Source: an uncultured Bacilli bacterium
GTDB lineage: Bacteria; Bacillota_I; Bacilli_A; RF39; UBA660
Reading direction: 5' to 3'
DNA length: 64,000 nucleotides
Assembly: GCA_934089255.1 (NCBI GenBank)
Contig: CAKOJI010000001.1
Coordinates: 14,572-78,571, forward strand
The translations under genes and the position numbers were made by a program. Under the pieces are notes generated by a model. It saw only the letters and a program-made list of their open reading frames with translations. It did no database searches and was not told the DNA's origin. Of this stretch, positions 20,087 through 31,349 are shown one piece after another (the stretch's first letter is position 1; every line of letters starts with the position of its first letter).

Positions 20087-21286
20087 ATGGAATTACTTGC
20101 TAATAAAATAAGGCCTACTAAATTAGATGAAGTTATTGGACAAACTCATTTAGTTGGAGAAAATAAAATATTATATAATTTAATAAAAAATAAACGTATT
20201 TATTCTATGATACTTTATGGTAAACCTGGCATAGGTAAGACTACTATTGCAAACGTTATTGTAAATGAAATTAATAAACCGTATAGATTTTTAAATGCAA
20301 CAACTAGTAAAATAAATGATTTTAATATAATAATAGAAGAAGCTAAAATGAATGGTGAAATGATAGTAATAATAGATGAAATACATCGTATGAATAAAGA
20401 TAAACAAGATATATTATTACCTTACTTAGAAAACGGTTTAATTATTCTTATAGGACTTACTACGTCAAATCCGTATCATAAAATAAATCCTGCTATAAGA
20501 AGCAGATGTCAAATATTTGAACTTAAGGAATTAACTAGTGAAGATATTGTTAAAGGATTAACTAGAGCTTGTACATTCTTACCAGATATTAAAATAGATG
20601 ACGAATCTTTAAGAATAATTGCAAATACTAGTAGTGGCGATTTTAGATCTGCTATTAATTTACTTGAAGTTGCTTACTACTCTACTAATGATAAAATCGT
20701 AACAATAGATATATTGAAATCTATAAATAGAAAAACGGTACTTTTTGCTGATAAGAACGAAGATGGTCACTATGATTTATTGAGTGCATTTCAAAAAAGT
20801 ATAAGAGGTAGTGATCCTGATGCTGCAGTTTATTACCTAGGGAGATTAATTGAAATTGGGGATTTAGATAGTATTTATAGAAGAATGAGCGTAATAGCAT
20901 ATGAAGATATAGGACTTGCAAACCCTTCAGTTGGACCAAAAGTTATGGCTGCAATTCATGCAAGTGAACTTGTTGGACTTCCAGAAGCTAGAATTCCCCT
21001 TTCAGTAATTGTTATTGAACTTGCATTATCACCTAAAAGTAATAGTGCTATTTCTGCTATTGATATGGCATTAAATGATATTAGAAAAGGAAATACCGGT
21101 AATGTACCAAATCATATAAAAACAAATTCAAAAGATTATAAATATCCCCATATATATCCAAAATATTGGGTTAAACAACAATACTTACCAGATAACATAA
21201 AAAATAGAAAATATTATAATCAAAAAATAAATAATTATGAAAATAATTTAAATAAAATTAATAAAGAAATGAGGAATGAAAATTGA
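20087..21286 (+). CDS. rarA: replication-associated recombination protein A (AAA+ ATPase)
   Basis: MELLANKIRPTKLDEVIGQTHLVG...ILYGKPGIGKTTIANVI. Confidence 0.85.
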   Translation: MELLANKIRPTKLDEVIGQTHLVGENKILYNLIKNKRIYSMILYGKPGIGKTTIANVIVNEINKPYRFLNATTSKINDFNIIIEEAKMNGEMIVIIDEIHRMNKDKQDILLPYLENGLIILIGLTTSNPYHKINPAIRSRCQIFELKELTSEDIVKGLTRACTFLPDIKIDDESLRIIANTSSGDFRSAINLLEVAYYSTNDKIVTIDILKSINRKTVLFADKNEDGHYDLLSAFQKSIRGSDPDAAVYYLGRLIEIGDLDSIYRRMSVIAYEDIGLANPSVGPKVMAAIHASELVGLPEARIPLSVIVIELALSPKSNSAISAIDMALNDIRKGNTGNVPNHIKTNSKDYKYPHIYPKYWVKQQYLPDNIKNRKYYNQKINNYENNLNKINKEMRNEN

Positions 21287-22260
21287 AAACTATAGGAATT
21301 ATAGGAACAGGGGCATATGGTTTAGGAATTTCTTTATCACTACTAAAAAAATGTGATAATATACATATGTGGGTAGAAAGTAAAGAAAGATGCGAATTTT
21401 TAAATAATAATAAAAAAAGTGCTAATATACTACCAAATATAGAAATACCAGATAATATTGATTTTAGTACTGATTATGAGTATATTTTAAAAAGTTCAAA
21501 CATTATATTCATAGCAGTTAGTGCAAAATTTATAGATCCAGTAACTAAAGAAATTGCAAAATACAATATTAAAAATAAACACTTCTGTATACTAAGTAAA
21601 GGTATTGAACAAAATAGTTGTGCCTTTGTAACTGATGTATTTAAAAGAAATATAAAAACTAAAAATGTTTCTGTGATATCTGGTCCATCTTTTGCAATAG
21701 ATGTTGCTAATAATATGCCAATAGGACTTTCTTTAGCTAGTAAAAATAATAAAACAATGTCAATTATTAAAAGAGTATTATCAAATGATAGAATTAAACT
21801 TAGAACTACAACTGATGTAATTGGTGTGGAACTTTGTGGTAGCATTAAAAATGTTATTGCAATAGCAAGTGGTATTTTAGAAGGATTAGGTTATACTGAA
21901 TCAACAAGAAGTTTCTTAATTACAGAATCTTTACACGATATTAAATCTTTAATATATGGATTAGGTGGTAATAAAAAAACTATACTTTCTTTTGCAGGAG
22001 TTGGAGATTTATTATTAACAGCAACTAGTACTAAATCAAGAAACTATTCTTATGGAATATTAGTTGGAAAAAAAGAATTTGATAAAGCTAAAAAATACTT
22101 AGAAACTAATACTGTTGAAGGTTATTATACACTACATTCAATATATCAATTAATTAAGAAAAAGAAAATAGATATGCCTATTATTAATTTAATATATGAT
22201 ATAATAATAAATAATAAAGAACCAGAAAAATTAGCAGAATTTTTAATAAAAAAAGACTAG
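21283..22260 (+). CDS. gpsA: NAD(P)H-dependent glycerol-3-phosphate dehydrogenase
   Basis: MKTIGIIGTGAYG Rossmann motif plus GSIKNVIAIASGILEGLG; TTG start overlapping the rarA stop. Confidence 0.85.
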   Translation: MKTIGIIGTGAYGLGISLSLLKKCDNIHMWVESKERCEFLNNNKKSANILPNIEIPDNIDFSTDYEYILKSSNIIFIAVSAKFIDPVTKEIAKYNIKNKHFCILSKGIEQNSCAFVTDVFKRNIKTKNVSVISGPSFAIDVANNMPIGLSLASKNNKTMSIIKRVLSNDRIKLRTTTDVIGVELCGSIKNVIAIASGILEGLGYTESTRSFLITESLHDIKSLIYGLGGNKKTILSFAGVGDLLLTATSTKSRNYSYGILVGKKEFDKAKKYLETNTVEGYYTLHSIYQLIKKKKIDMPIINLIYDIIINNKEPEKLAEFLIKKD

Positions 22261-22274
22261 AAACGTAAAAATTT

Positions 22275-23519
22275 CTAGTTTTTTCTTTTTAACATACTAA
22301 TATTATAATTACTAAAATCAAAATTTAATATCATATTTTTATATTTATTAAAGTCTATTTTTTCTGTATCATTTATAGTATCTATTCCTTCATAATTATA
22401 TGTTACTATATTTTCTATTAAAGGATCTATAGTTCTATAAATATCATCACTTCTAACAACTAAATCTATAATATAATTTTTTTTACAAAGATTAAAAAAA
22501 TCTTCATCAAATACAAACTTTTTATTCTTAAAATAATCTATTATAATACTATTAAATTCATTCATTCTTTTTGTATTTGCTTCTACTCTAATAACTAAAT
22601 AATCTTCTATTTCATTACTAGAATAATAAGTATTACCAATTATAATATCGTTATCAACTAAATAATTATTTAAATTACTAGTAACACCAAAATTGTTTTT
22701 TAAAAAATAATATAAATAGTTATCCAACATAATTTTTTCATATGGTTTCATATTATGTGTATCTATTTTAAAAGATATAATACTTTTTTCTAAAGTAACG
22801 TCTTCATATACTGTACATTTTCTTTTATTAACTTTACTTTTAAAAATACTTTTATTTATTTTAATTGGATATTTTGTAAATTTAATATCAGAATATATAT
22901 TTTTTATAGTATTTATTACTTCTTCTTTATCAAATCTTCCACCTATTACAATAATTTCATTTTCAGGTCTATAAAATGTATTAAATGCAGTAACTAAATC
23001 AAATTCATTAATACTTTCTATATCTTCTAAATCACCTAATATACTTTTAAAACCTTTATTATTTAATACACTACTTAAACTAGTATTATATATATTACTA
23101 CTATTTTTGTTATCTAAACTTCTTCTTTTTTCTTCTAATATAGGACCTTTAATTTTATTAATTACATTTTTATTTATTATTGGACTATGTATACCTTTTA
23201 ACAATAAAGATAAATATTTTGTCACATCATATACAGTATCTATATAAAATTGTGTCCTATCTATAGAAGTAAAACCGTTACTTCCTACTCCATTAGCACT
23301 AAAAATACTCATAATATCTCCACACTCATTACTTTCTAAAACTAAATGTTCTAAGAAGTGTGCAGTACCACTTTTAATATTATGTTTTTTATTATTATAA
23401 ATTATTTTATTATTTATTCCACCAAATTTTACAATTAAATTGATGTATGCAGTATGTTTATTTGGATCATTTATTAAATATATTTTTAAACCATTTTCTA
23501 ATTCTATTTTTTCTAGCAT
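22275..23519 (-). CDS. M16 (insulinase) family zinc peptidase, active subunit
   Basis: GTAHFLEHLVLE HxxEH zinc motif. ATG overlaps the upstream partner's stop (TAATG). Confidence 0.75.
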   Translation of the reverse strand: MLEKIELENGLKIYLINDPNKHTAYINLIVKFGGINNKIIYNNKKHNIKSGTAHFLEHLVLESNECGDIMSIFSANGVGSNGFTSIDRTQFYIDTVYDVTKYLSLLLKGIHSPIINKNVINKIKGPILEEKRRSLDNKNSSNIYNTSLSSVLNNKGFKSILGDLEDIESINEFDLVTAFNTFYRPENEIIVIGGRFDKEEVINTIKNIYSDIKFTKYPIKINKSIFKSKVNKRKCTVYEDVTLEKSIISFKIDTHNMKPYEKIMLDNYLYYFLKNNFGVTSNLNNYLVDNDIIIGNTYYSSNEIEDYLVIRVEANTKRMNEFNSIIIDYFKNKKFVFDEDFFNLCKKNYIIDLVVRSDDIYRTIDPLIENIVTYNYEGIDTINDTEKIDFNKYKNMILNFDFSNYNISMLKRKN

Positions 23520-24736
23520 TATAAATCCCCCTTTAATACATACTGACATACTATATTTAATCTAGTAGCAAAATCTTTTAATTCATCTAAACTAATATGT
23601 TTGATTATATCTATTTCATCACTTGTTTTTATATCAGTTTTAAAATACTCGTTTACTACATCATTTGATGTTATATAAAAATTATCAAGTTCTCTTTCTT
23701 TTTCTAGTTCTAATTTAGTAACTATATTATTTATATTTTCTTTATATTTATCTATATTATTTAAATCATTTATTAATTCTTTAATCATAAGTAAACATAA
23801 ATCTATATTTCTTTTTTCTGTACTTGCTTTTATAAATAATAATCCATTTTTTAACATAGAGTGAGAACTAGCAGTATAAACTAAATTACTTTTTTTTCTT
23901 AAAATACTTAATAAAAGTCCACTACTACCTGATGAAAGAAGTAGATTAATTATATATAATTTATAAAAATCTTTTTCTTTATAATCTTTAACATTACAAA
24001 CTACATATATTATACTTTGATAATATTTAGAAATATCTTTTTTTTCTATAAAATCGTTATTTATATAAAATTTATTATATTTTTGTATTATTTTATATGG
24101 TTTTAAATTTAAATCACTAATATAATCACTTATAATATTTGCACACTCTTTTATGTCAATATTACCATTTATAAATATTTTAGGCATTATATTTTTTATA
24201 AATTTATTATAAGAATTAATAACATCTAATTTGTTTAATCTTTGTATATTTTCTATATCTTTATATTTAATTTTATTAAATAAACATTCATCATCTAATA
24301 TGTCTAATACTTCTTTTTCAGCAATAAAATCTATGTTTTTATAATTATTTAGAAGCACTTCTATATATAATTTCTTTTCTTTATTAAATAAAATATCATC
24401 ATTTAAATTAATATTATATATAGTATCTAATAAAAATAATATTTGTTTTTTTAAATTAGAATCATCTATTATATTATTATTAGGTATTAAAAGAGAAAAA
24501 TTAATAAAATATACATCATTTATACTTTGTAAAGAACATTTATAATTTATTATGTATCTATTTAGTTTTTCTTTTTGAAATATACTTTCTTCTTTATATA
24601 AACTATTTGTTTTATTTAATAATTTAGATAGTATTGTTATAGACATTAACTCTTGTTTATCACATTTAAATTGGTATATAAAATTAATTAATGTTGTATG
24701 AAATTTTTCGTTTTTTACATATTTTATATCTTGCAT
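23519..24736 (-). CDS. M16-family peptidase-like protein lacking HxxEH (non-catalytic partner)
   Basis: 405 aa, same operon, translationally coupled to the active M16 gene; no zinc motif. Confidence 0.55.
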   Translation of the reverse strand: MQDIKYVKNEKFHTTLINFIYQFKCDKQELMSITILSKLLNKTNSLYKEESIFQKEKLNRYIINYKCSLQSINDVYFINFSLLIPNNNIIDDSNLKKQILFLLDTIYNINLNDDILFNKEKKLYIEVLLNNYKNIDFIAEKEVLDILDDECLFNKIKYKDIENIQRLNKLDVINSYNKFIKNIMPKIFINGNIDIKECANIISDYISDLNLKPYKIIQKYNKFYINNDFIEKKDISKYYQSIIYVVCNVKDYKEKDFYKLYIINLLLSSGSSGLLLSILRKKSNLVYTASSHSMLKNGLLFIKASTEKRNIDLCLLMIKELINDLNNIDKYKENINNIVTKLELEKERELDNFYITSNDVVNEYFKTDIKTSDEIDIIKHISLDELKDFATRLNIVCQYVLKGDL

Positions 24737-24778
24737 ATCTTAACTCCTATAAATATTATACTATATTTTTATAAAAGT

Positions 24779-24805
24779 AAAAAGCCAAACAAGTTGGCTT
24801 TTGGT
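24779..24805 (-). terminator. rho-independent terminator after flippase gene
   Basis: AAAGCCAA...TTGGCTTT hairpin flanked by T/A runs. Confidence 0.55.
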
Positions 24806-24937
24806 TAATAGTTTATATAATTTACTAGAAAACAGTTTAATTTGTTAATTTTTTATTAATTATTATCTATCTCCTTTCCTATTTTAAATTATAATTATTA
24901 AATATGAAAGAACAATGAATTAATTAAGAATATTTTA

Positions 24938-26338
24938 TTAAATTTTATTTTTAGTTTTAGTAAAATAAATAAGACAAAGAGTTACATAAACAATAATTCC
25001 AGTAAGTATTTCCACTATAGTTTTATATATTAAGGACATGTTAATAGTAGCAACTAAACTAACTATAGAATACATAATAATACCAAATATAATATATATT
25101 ATTAGATTTTTAATAATGTTATGTAAATTTAAATTGTTTTTAATTTTTAATATTTGATATATTAAAACGAATAGTTCAGTAAGTACAGTACTAATAACTG
25201 CTCCCATAGCATTATATTTACTTATCAATATATAATTTAATATAATATTTAAAATTGTTCCATATATAACTGAGTTTGTATAAATTTTATCTTTCTCTTT
25301 AGGTATTAAATATAATAATTTAAGTGAATTAGAAAAAGATACAAATAATAATGATACAGCTAAACCAATTGTAAGATTAATAGAACTTTTATATGAACTT
25401 CCAAAAAATAATGGTACAAATTCTTTAGAAATACTAATTATTCCAAACGATATTGCAGTTGCTAAACATAATATATAATTAATAGAATTATTGAATAATT
25501 TTTTTGAATCATCATCTTTTTTTCTTGAAATAAGATTAGACATTTTAGGACTAATTACAGTTAAAACGGCAGATACTAAACCAAGCGTTATTGTAATTAG
25601 TTTTGATGCACACTCGTAATAACCCACTTCTGTTTTATTAACTAGTATTCCTATCATTACTTTGTCAGTTTGTTGATATATTGTTGTAGCGAGTGCTGGT
25701 ATAAATAATAACAGACACGGTTTTAAATTATTTTTAACACTTGTTTTAGAAATATTATTAAATTTAATATATTTTATGGAAAAAATAAACAGTATTATAT
25801 TAAATATTAGATCACTTGAACACTTTAATAATGAATATAATATCAATGAATTTTCATTTTTTACAAACACAAAAATCAATATTGTAATTAATGTTTTTAT
25901 TATAAGTTGAGTAAAAATAACTGGTTTAAATTTTTCTTGACCAAAATAAAACCAATTTATATTAAATAAAGATGTTAATATATTCATAATCATTATAATT
26001 GATATAATTTTATTTTTACTTATTAATATAAATATTAAATATAATAATAAAGATATTATTGATGCGATAAATTGTAAAACATAAATATTAGTAAATACTT
26101 TTTTTAGAGTTTTGTCATTTTCTTTTACCTGTGCTATAGCACGATTACCATATATATTAATACCAAGCATTGCTAAATAAGAAAAATATATAGAAATTGA
26201 GTAATAAAAAGAATATATTCCAAGTGACTTTACACCTAATACTCTAGAAATATAGGGTGTAAGTATTAATGGAAAAATAAATAATATAATTTGATGTAGA
26301 ATTTTATAGGTTATATTCTTTGTTAAAGTTTTATACAT
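24938..26338 (-). CDS. MOP-superfamily oligosaccharide flippase (Wzx/SpoVB-like)
   Basis: 466 aa, ~12-14 TM segments, N-terminus typical of polysaccharide biosynthesis/export proteins. Confidence 0.65.
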   Translation of the reverse strand: MYKTLTKNITYKILHQIILFIFPLILTPYISRVLGVKSLGIYSFYYSISIYFSYLAMLGINIYGNRAIAQVKENDKTLKKVFTNIYVLQFIASIISLLLYLIFILISKNKIISIIMIMNILTSLFNINWFYFGQEKFKPVIFTQLIIKTLITILIFVFVKNENSLILYSLLKCSSDLIFNIILFIFSIKYIKFNNISKTSVKNNLKPCLLLFIPALATTIYQQTDKVMIGILVNKTEVGYYECASKLITITLGLVSAVLTVISPKMSNLISRKKDDDSKKLFNNSINYILCLATAISFGIISISKEFVPLFFGSSYKSSINLTIGLAVSLLFVSFSNSLKLLYLIPKEKDKIYTNSVIYGTILNIILNYILISKYNAMGAVISTVLTELFVLIYQILKIKNNLNLHNIIKNLIIYIIFGIIMYSIVSLVATINMSLIYKTIVEILTGIIVYVTLCLIYFTKTKNKI

Positions 26339-26742
26339 TTATCTCACCATACATAATTATAACATATGAAACACTATTATTGTAATTTCTTCCAATAATA
26401 TAACTTATTTTAATATTATCATACTTTAACAAAAGTATATTCAGCATTAATAAGCAATTATAGGCTAAGTTTTTATATATATATTTTTATAATCTGAATA
26501 ATCATAATTTGCCATTTTATCTCTACAATTTAGATGAACTTGATCCAAATAATCTTTATCTATAGACGCAATATAATCTTATAATTCAACTAATAAATCC
26601 TTTATATCTTTTATCTTTCAACAGCAATATCTAAAATTTTAATTCTTTTCTATCTAGGATTATTGTATCAAACAGGACTCAAAATGTCACTGTATTTATT
26701 TTGTAGATTTTAATAAAAAAAACTTAGACTCATCTAAGCATT

Positions 26743-27867
26743 TTACACATTACCACTAACTATATATTTAAAATTCTTTTTATATAAATCCCAGATATTA
26801 GCTTTTTCTATACTTTCTTTAACTGTTATATCGAAAGTACTAACTTTTTTCCCATCTTTATATAACTCTAATACTCCAACCTTATCTCCTACATATATAG
26901 GTGCTTTTATTTCATTAATTTTTAATTTATGATCATATTTTCCTTCATCATTTACATCTACTAAATCTACTACATCGTTTATAAGTTTTAAATCTACATA
27001 ATCTTTTTTACCATTATTTACTTTTACTTTACCTAATTTTATATCACGTTTAAATATAGTTTTTAATTTATAATTATTATATCCATAGTCTAATAGTTCT
27101 ACAGTATCTTTACTTCGTATCTCACTAGTTTCTTCTCCCATTACAACGCTTATTAATCTCATATCATTTCTTTTAGCAGTTGCTGTTAGACAATATCCAG
27201 CTTTATCAGTAAAACCAGTTTTTAATCCATCTAAGCCTTTATAATATCTTATAAGCTTATTTGTATTAACCATCCACACGCTTGATCCATCATTCTTTTT
27301 TAAATATTCTTCATATATACTAGAATAATCTAAAATCTTTTGATGTTTTAAAAGTTCTCTAGCTATAACAGCCATATCGTTTGGACAACTATAATGATTA
27401 TCACTATGTAATCCATGAACATTTTCAAAATTAGTATTAACAAGTCCTAATTCTTTTACTTTTTTATTCATAAGTGATACAAACTTTTCTTCTGTACCCG
27501 CTATAAATTCTGCTAAAGCAACAGCTGAGTCATTAGCACTTGCAATACAAATACTTTTTATTAAATCATCAACAGTCATAACTTCTCCAACATTTAAATA
27601 TACTTGGCTTCCACCCATTTTTGAAGCATTTTCACTTACTGTTACTTTATCAGTTAATTTTATCTTACCATTATCAATACTTTCCATTATTAATAAAAGT
27701 GTCATCATTTTTGTCATACTAGCTGGATACATATGTTCAAAAGAATTTTCTTCCATTAATATTTTACCAGTATTATATTCCATTAAAATACTTCCTTTTG
27801 CATTTGTTGCAAAAACATTTATACTAAGCATAAAAAAACTTAATACCAGTACTACTATTTTTTTCAT
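26743..27867 (-). CDS. dacB: D-alanyl-D-alanine carboxypeptidase (PBP5 family)
   Basis: Signal peptide, SMTK (PASMTKMMT) active-site motif and SAND (SxN) motif. Confidence 0.8.
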   Translation of the reverse strand: MKKIVVLVLSFFMLSINVFATNAKGSILMEYNTGKILMEENSFEHMYPASMTKMMTLLLIMESIDNGKIKLTDKVTVSENASKMGGSQVYLNVGEVMTVDDLIKSICIASANDSAVALAEFIAGTEEKFVSLMNKKVKELGLVNTNFENVHGLHSDNHYSCPNDMAVIARELLKHQKILDYSSIYEEYLKKNDGSSVWMVNTNKLIRYYKGLDGLKTGFTDKAGYCLTATAKRNDMRLISVVMGEETSEIRSKDTVELLDYGYNNYKLKTIFKRDIKLGKVKVNNGKKDYVDLKLINDVVDLVDVNDEGKYDHKLKINEIKAPIYVGDKVGVLELYKDGKKVSTFDITVKESIEKANIWDLYKKNFKYIVSGNV

Positions 27868-27913
27868 ATTTCACCTCTAATAAATTATATAAATTAAAAA
27901 AAATATTATGAAT

Positions 27914-29032
27914 TTATAATATTTTATTTTTTGTTTTATTATTTACATCTTTTACAAATATTGCATAAAATATACTTGCTAAAGGTAAACCAATCAACAT
28001 ACCTACTATACCAAATAAACTACCACCAACTGTAACAGCAAGTAATGTCCATATAGGTGATAAACCAACAGATTTTCCAACTACCTTAGGATATATTAAA
28101 TTACCTTCTATTTGTTGTATAACTACAAAGATTATAATAAATAATAATGCTTTTATAGGACTAACAGTCGCAATTAATATTGCACCAATAACCATTGCTA
28201 TCAAAGCACCAAATATAGGTATTAAGGCAGTTATAGTTGTTAGTAAAGAAATTAATAAAGCATAAGGAAATCTAAATAAGCTTAATACTACAAAAAATAT
28301 CAAACCTAATAATAATGCTTCTAAACATTGTCCACTTACAAACTTAGAAAAAGTAACATTACTTAATGATGCAATACTAAATATTTTCTCACATTTCTTT
28401 TTAGGTAAGTAAGCATTTAAAACTTTTCTTAAACCATTAATTAAATATTCTTTTTGACTTAACATATATATAGCAAAAACTAATGCAGTAAATATAGTAA
28501 TTATACTACTAATAAAGTTAGTTATAATATTAATAGATCCATTAACTAAATAATTTAACATATTCATTAATAGTTTATTTAAATTTGTACTATCATTAAA
28601 TACATCTATTATTTTAGTTTGTATTTCAGGATAATTAGATAATATTTTCAAAAGATATTCTTCTATATTATTAATCATAATTGGTATATTTTTTATTAAT
28701 GCTTCAATATTATTTACAAGTTCTGGAACTAATTCTAATAATATAAAAACTATTACTAATATAAATAATACTAAAGTAATTGTTATTGATAATAACCTAT
28801 TAGCTCTATCGTTTATTTTATTTTTTGTAAGTTTCTTTATAAATTTTTCTATTTTAACCATAAATATATTTAAAACAAAAGCTAAAACTATGCCTAATAG
28901 AAATGGTAGTAATGCTTTAAAAACTTTACCTAATATTAAAGAAACAAATTTAAAATTAGAAATAATTAAATATGAAACTATTAATATTATTCCTAATACT
29001 ATTATTTTATTTATATCATTTTTCTTATTCAT
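27914..29032 (-). CDS. AI-2E family transporter (PerM/UPF0118)
   Basis: Polytopic membrane protein with the typical AI-2E profile. Likely start MNKKNDINK, with GGGGTG RBS. Confidence 0.65.
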   Translation of the reverse strand: MNKKNDINKIIVLGIILIVSYLIISNFKFVSLILGKVFKALLPFLLGIVLAFVLNIFMVKIEKFIKKLTKNKINDRANRLLSITITLVLFILVIVFILLELVPELVNNIEALIKNIPIMINNIEEYLLKILSNYPEIQTKIIDVFNDSTNLNKLLMNMLNYLVNGSINIITNFISSIITIFTALVFAIYMLSQKEYLINGLRKVLNAYLPKKKCEKIFSIASLSNVTFSKFVSGQCLEALLLGLIFFVVLSLFRFPYALLISLLTTITALIPIFGALIAMVIGAILIATVSPIKALLFIIIFVVIQQIEGNLIYPKVVGKSVGLSPIWTLLAVTVGGSLFGIVGMLIGLPLASIFYAIFVKDVNNKTKNKIL

Positions 29033-29087
29033 ATAGTACACCCCATAAAAATTATAACACATAAAAAAAATAAGTTAAATATTTAAG

Positions 29088-30086
29088 CTATTTATTATTT
29101 ATAACATAATTATATGCACTTTTTACCATATCATCTAATGTCTTTTCTGTTTTCCAATTTAATAACTCATATGCTTTAGATGGATCAGCATAACATTCTT
29201 CAATATCTCCTTCTCTTCTATCAACTATTTTATACGGTATTTCTATATTATTAACTTTTTCATATGATTTAACTATATCAAGTACACTATAACCTACTCC
29301 AGTACCTAAATTAACTGCAATAGAGCCTTTATTATTATTTATATATTCTAAAGCCTTTAAATGTCCTTTAGCTAAATCAACTACGTGAATATAATCTCTA
29401 ACACCTGTACCATCTTTAGTATTATAATCATTTCCAAATACATTTAAATATGGAAGTTCTTTAGTAGCAACTTTACTTATATATGGCATCAAGTTATTTG
29501 GTATACCATTTGGATCTTCTCCAATTATGCCACTAACGTGTGCACCTACTGGATTAAAATATCTTAATTTAATAATACTCCATTCATTATCACTTTTATA
29601 AATATCATCTAATATATATTCTATAAATAATTTAGTAGATCCATATGGATTAGTTGTACTTAAACTAGCTGTTTCTTTTATAGGTAAAACTTTTTGACTA
29701 CCATAAACAGTAGCACTAGAAGAAAACACTAATTTTTTTACATTATATTCGTTCATTACTTCACATAAAGTAAGTGTACTATCTAAATTATTTCTATAAT
29801 ATAATAATGGTTTTTTTACGCTTTCTCCAACTGCTTTTAATCCTGCAAAATGAATTACAGCATCAATTTTATTTTCTTTAAAAATATTACTTAATTTATC
29901 TTTATCTCTCAAATCTATTTGATAAAATTTAAAATCTTTTCCAGTTATTTGTTTTATTTTATCTACTACTTCAATCTTAGAATTAGATAAATTATCTACT
30001 ATAATTATTTCATAATTACTATTTAGTAATTCTACTGCTGTATGACTCCCAATATAACCAGTACCACCTGTAACTAATATTTTCAT
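29088..30086 (-). CDS. galE: UDP-glucose 4-epimerase
   Basis: MKILVTGGTGYIGSH Rossmann motif plus YxxxK; 332 aa. Confidence 0.85.
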   Translation of the reverse strand: MKILVTGGTGYIGSHTAVELLNSNYEIIIVDNLSNSKIEVVDKIKQITGKDFKFYQIDLRDKDKLSNIFKENKIDAVIHFAGLKAVGESVKKPLLYYRNNLDSTLTLCEVMNEYNVKKLVFSSSATVYGSQKVLPIKETASLSTTNPYGSTKLFIEYILDDIYKSDNEWSIIKLRYFNPVGAHVSGIIGEDPNGIPNNLMPYISKVATKELPYLNVFGNDYNTKDGTGVRDYIHVVDLAKGHLKALEYINNNKGSIAVNLGTGVGYSVLDIVKSYEKVNNIEIPYKIVDRREGDIEECYADPSKAYELLNWKTEKTLDDMVKSAYNYVINNK

Positions 30087-30099
30087 AAAATCCTTCTTT

Positions 30100-31299
30100 C
30101 TATAAATTTCTTATTTCATTTCTTAATTTTATATTCTTATTTTCAGCACTTACTCTTAATGTCATAAACATTAATATAATAAGATTAAATGCAAAACTAC
30201 CACCACTACTTAAGAATGGAAGTGGAACTCCAGTAAGTGGAATTATTGCAAGTACTCCTAATAAATTAACAAGTAAATGTGCTAGTATTAAAGAAAACGT
30301 ACCATATGCAATTAAAGAGCCTACCAGTGTTTCAGAATTTCTAGCTATTTTTAAAATAAGATATAACATTATTAAGAATCCAATTAATATTATTGATGCT
30401 GCTACACTACCTAATTCTTCTACTACAATAGGAAATATAAAATCAGTATATGCCTCTGGTAAATATAAATATTTTTGTTTGCTATTACCAAGGCCAACCC
30501 CAAATAGTCCACCGTTATTTATTGCAATAAAACCATTACATACTTGATATCCAGTTTTCTCACTATACCTTGTACAAGGATTAGTATATGTTAATCTACT
30601 TAATTGTTCTTCATTTAAAATATTAGTATTTTTAAGTATTTCTTCTCCAAAAAAGAACATACAAGCTCCAATAACTGCAATACTACCAGCAACTATTTTT
30701 AATTTAGTATAATTTTTATCTTTTAAAGGTAAACTTAAAAATATTAAAAAGCACATTATTGCAAGTATCATAGCAGTTCCTAAATCAGGTTGAGCCGCTA
30801 TTAAAAATATACATATAACTGCATAAATAAATGGAATTAAAAATCTATAACCATTAAACACTTTTCTTGGATTATTAAACGAAAATGCTATATAAAGTAT
30901 AGTCATTGTTTTAACAAATTCACTAGGCTGTATTTGTATCGGTCCAATTTGTAACCAACTTGTTGCACCATTAATATGTTCTCCAAATGTAATAGTTAGT
31001 ATTAATAAACCAATAGAAATATATGCTAATAACTTAGATGTTTTCTTTATAACTTTTATCAAATTATAAGGCATAAATAGTATAACAAATCCCACTATAT
31101 ATGCTCCTATTACAAAAACTAATTGACGTATAAAAAAGTATGATTCACTCTGACCATATTGTAAAACAGCAGTCATACTAGAAGCACTAAAAACCATAAC
31201 AAGTCCTAAAACTGTATATACGATTAACAATAAAAATAAAAATTTATCCATATTTTTAAATTTACTTTTCATACCTTCACCATAACTTAATAATATCAT
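30100..31299 (-). CDS. FtsW/RodA/SpoVE family peptidoglycan glycosyltransferase
   Basis: SEDS family profile (…PDLGTAM…, C-terminal LPFLSSGGS). Exact start uncertain. Confidence 0.8.
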   Translation of the reverse strand: MILLSYGEGMKSKFKNMDKFLFLLLIVYTVLGLVMVFSASSMTAVLQYGQSESYFFIRQLVFVIGAYIVGFVILFMPYNLIKVIKKTSKLLAYISIGLLILTITFGEHINGATSWLQIGPIQIQPSEFVKTMTILYIAFSFNNPRKVFNGYRFLIPFIYAVICIFLIAAQPDLGTAMILAIMCFLIFLSLPLKDKNYTKLKIVAGSIAVIGACMFFFGEEILKNTNILNEEQLSRLTYTNPCTRYSEKTGYQVCNGFIAINNGGLFGVGLGNSKQKYLYLPEAYTDFIFPIVVEELGSVAASIILIGFLIMLYLILKIARNSETLVGSLIAYGTFSLILAHLLVNLLGVLAIIPLTGVPLPFLSSGGSFAFNLIILMFMTLRVSAENKNIKLRNEIRNL

Positions 31300-31300
31300 A

Positions 31301-31328
31301 AAAAAAACATATAATAAATATGTTTTTA
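31301..31328 (-). terminator. rho-independent terminator after 31350..33503 gene
   Basis: AAACATAT..ATATGTTT hairpin + T-run on the minus strand. Confidence 0.5.
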
Positions 31329-31349
31329 AACTGTTACAAAATATTTACA

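Noticed and set aside
26400-26640. Short peptide-like reading frame (…DYIASIDKDYLDQVHLNCRDKMANYDYSDYKNIYIKT) in the dacB–flippase intergenic region
   Set aside because: No start/RBS context and broken by stops in all frames over >40 codons. Possibly a decayed gene fragment, but unsupported.
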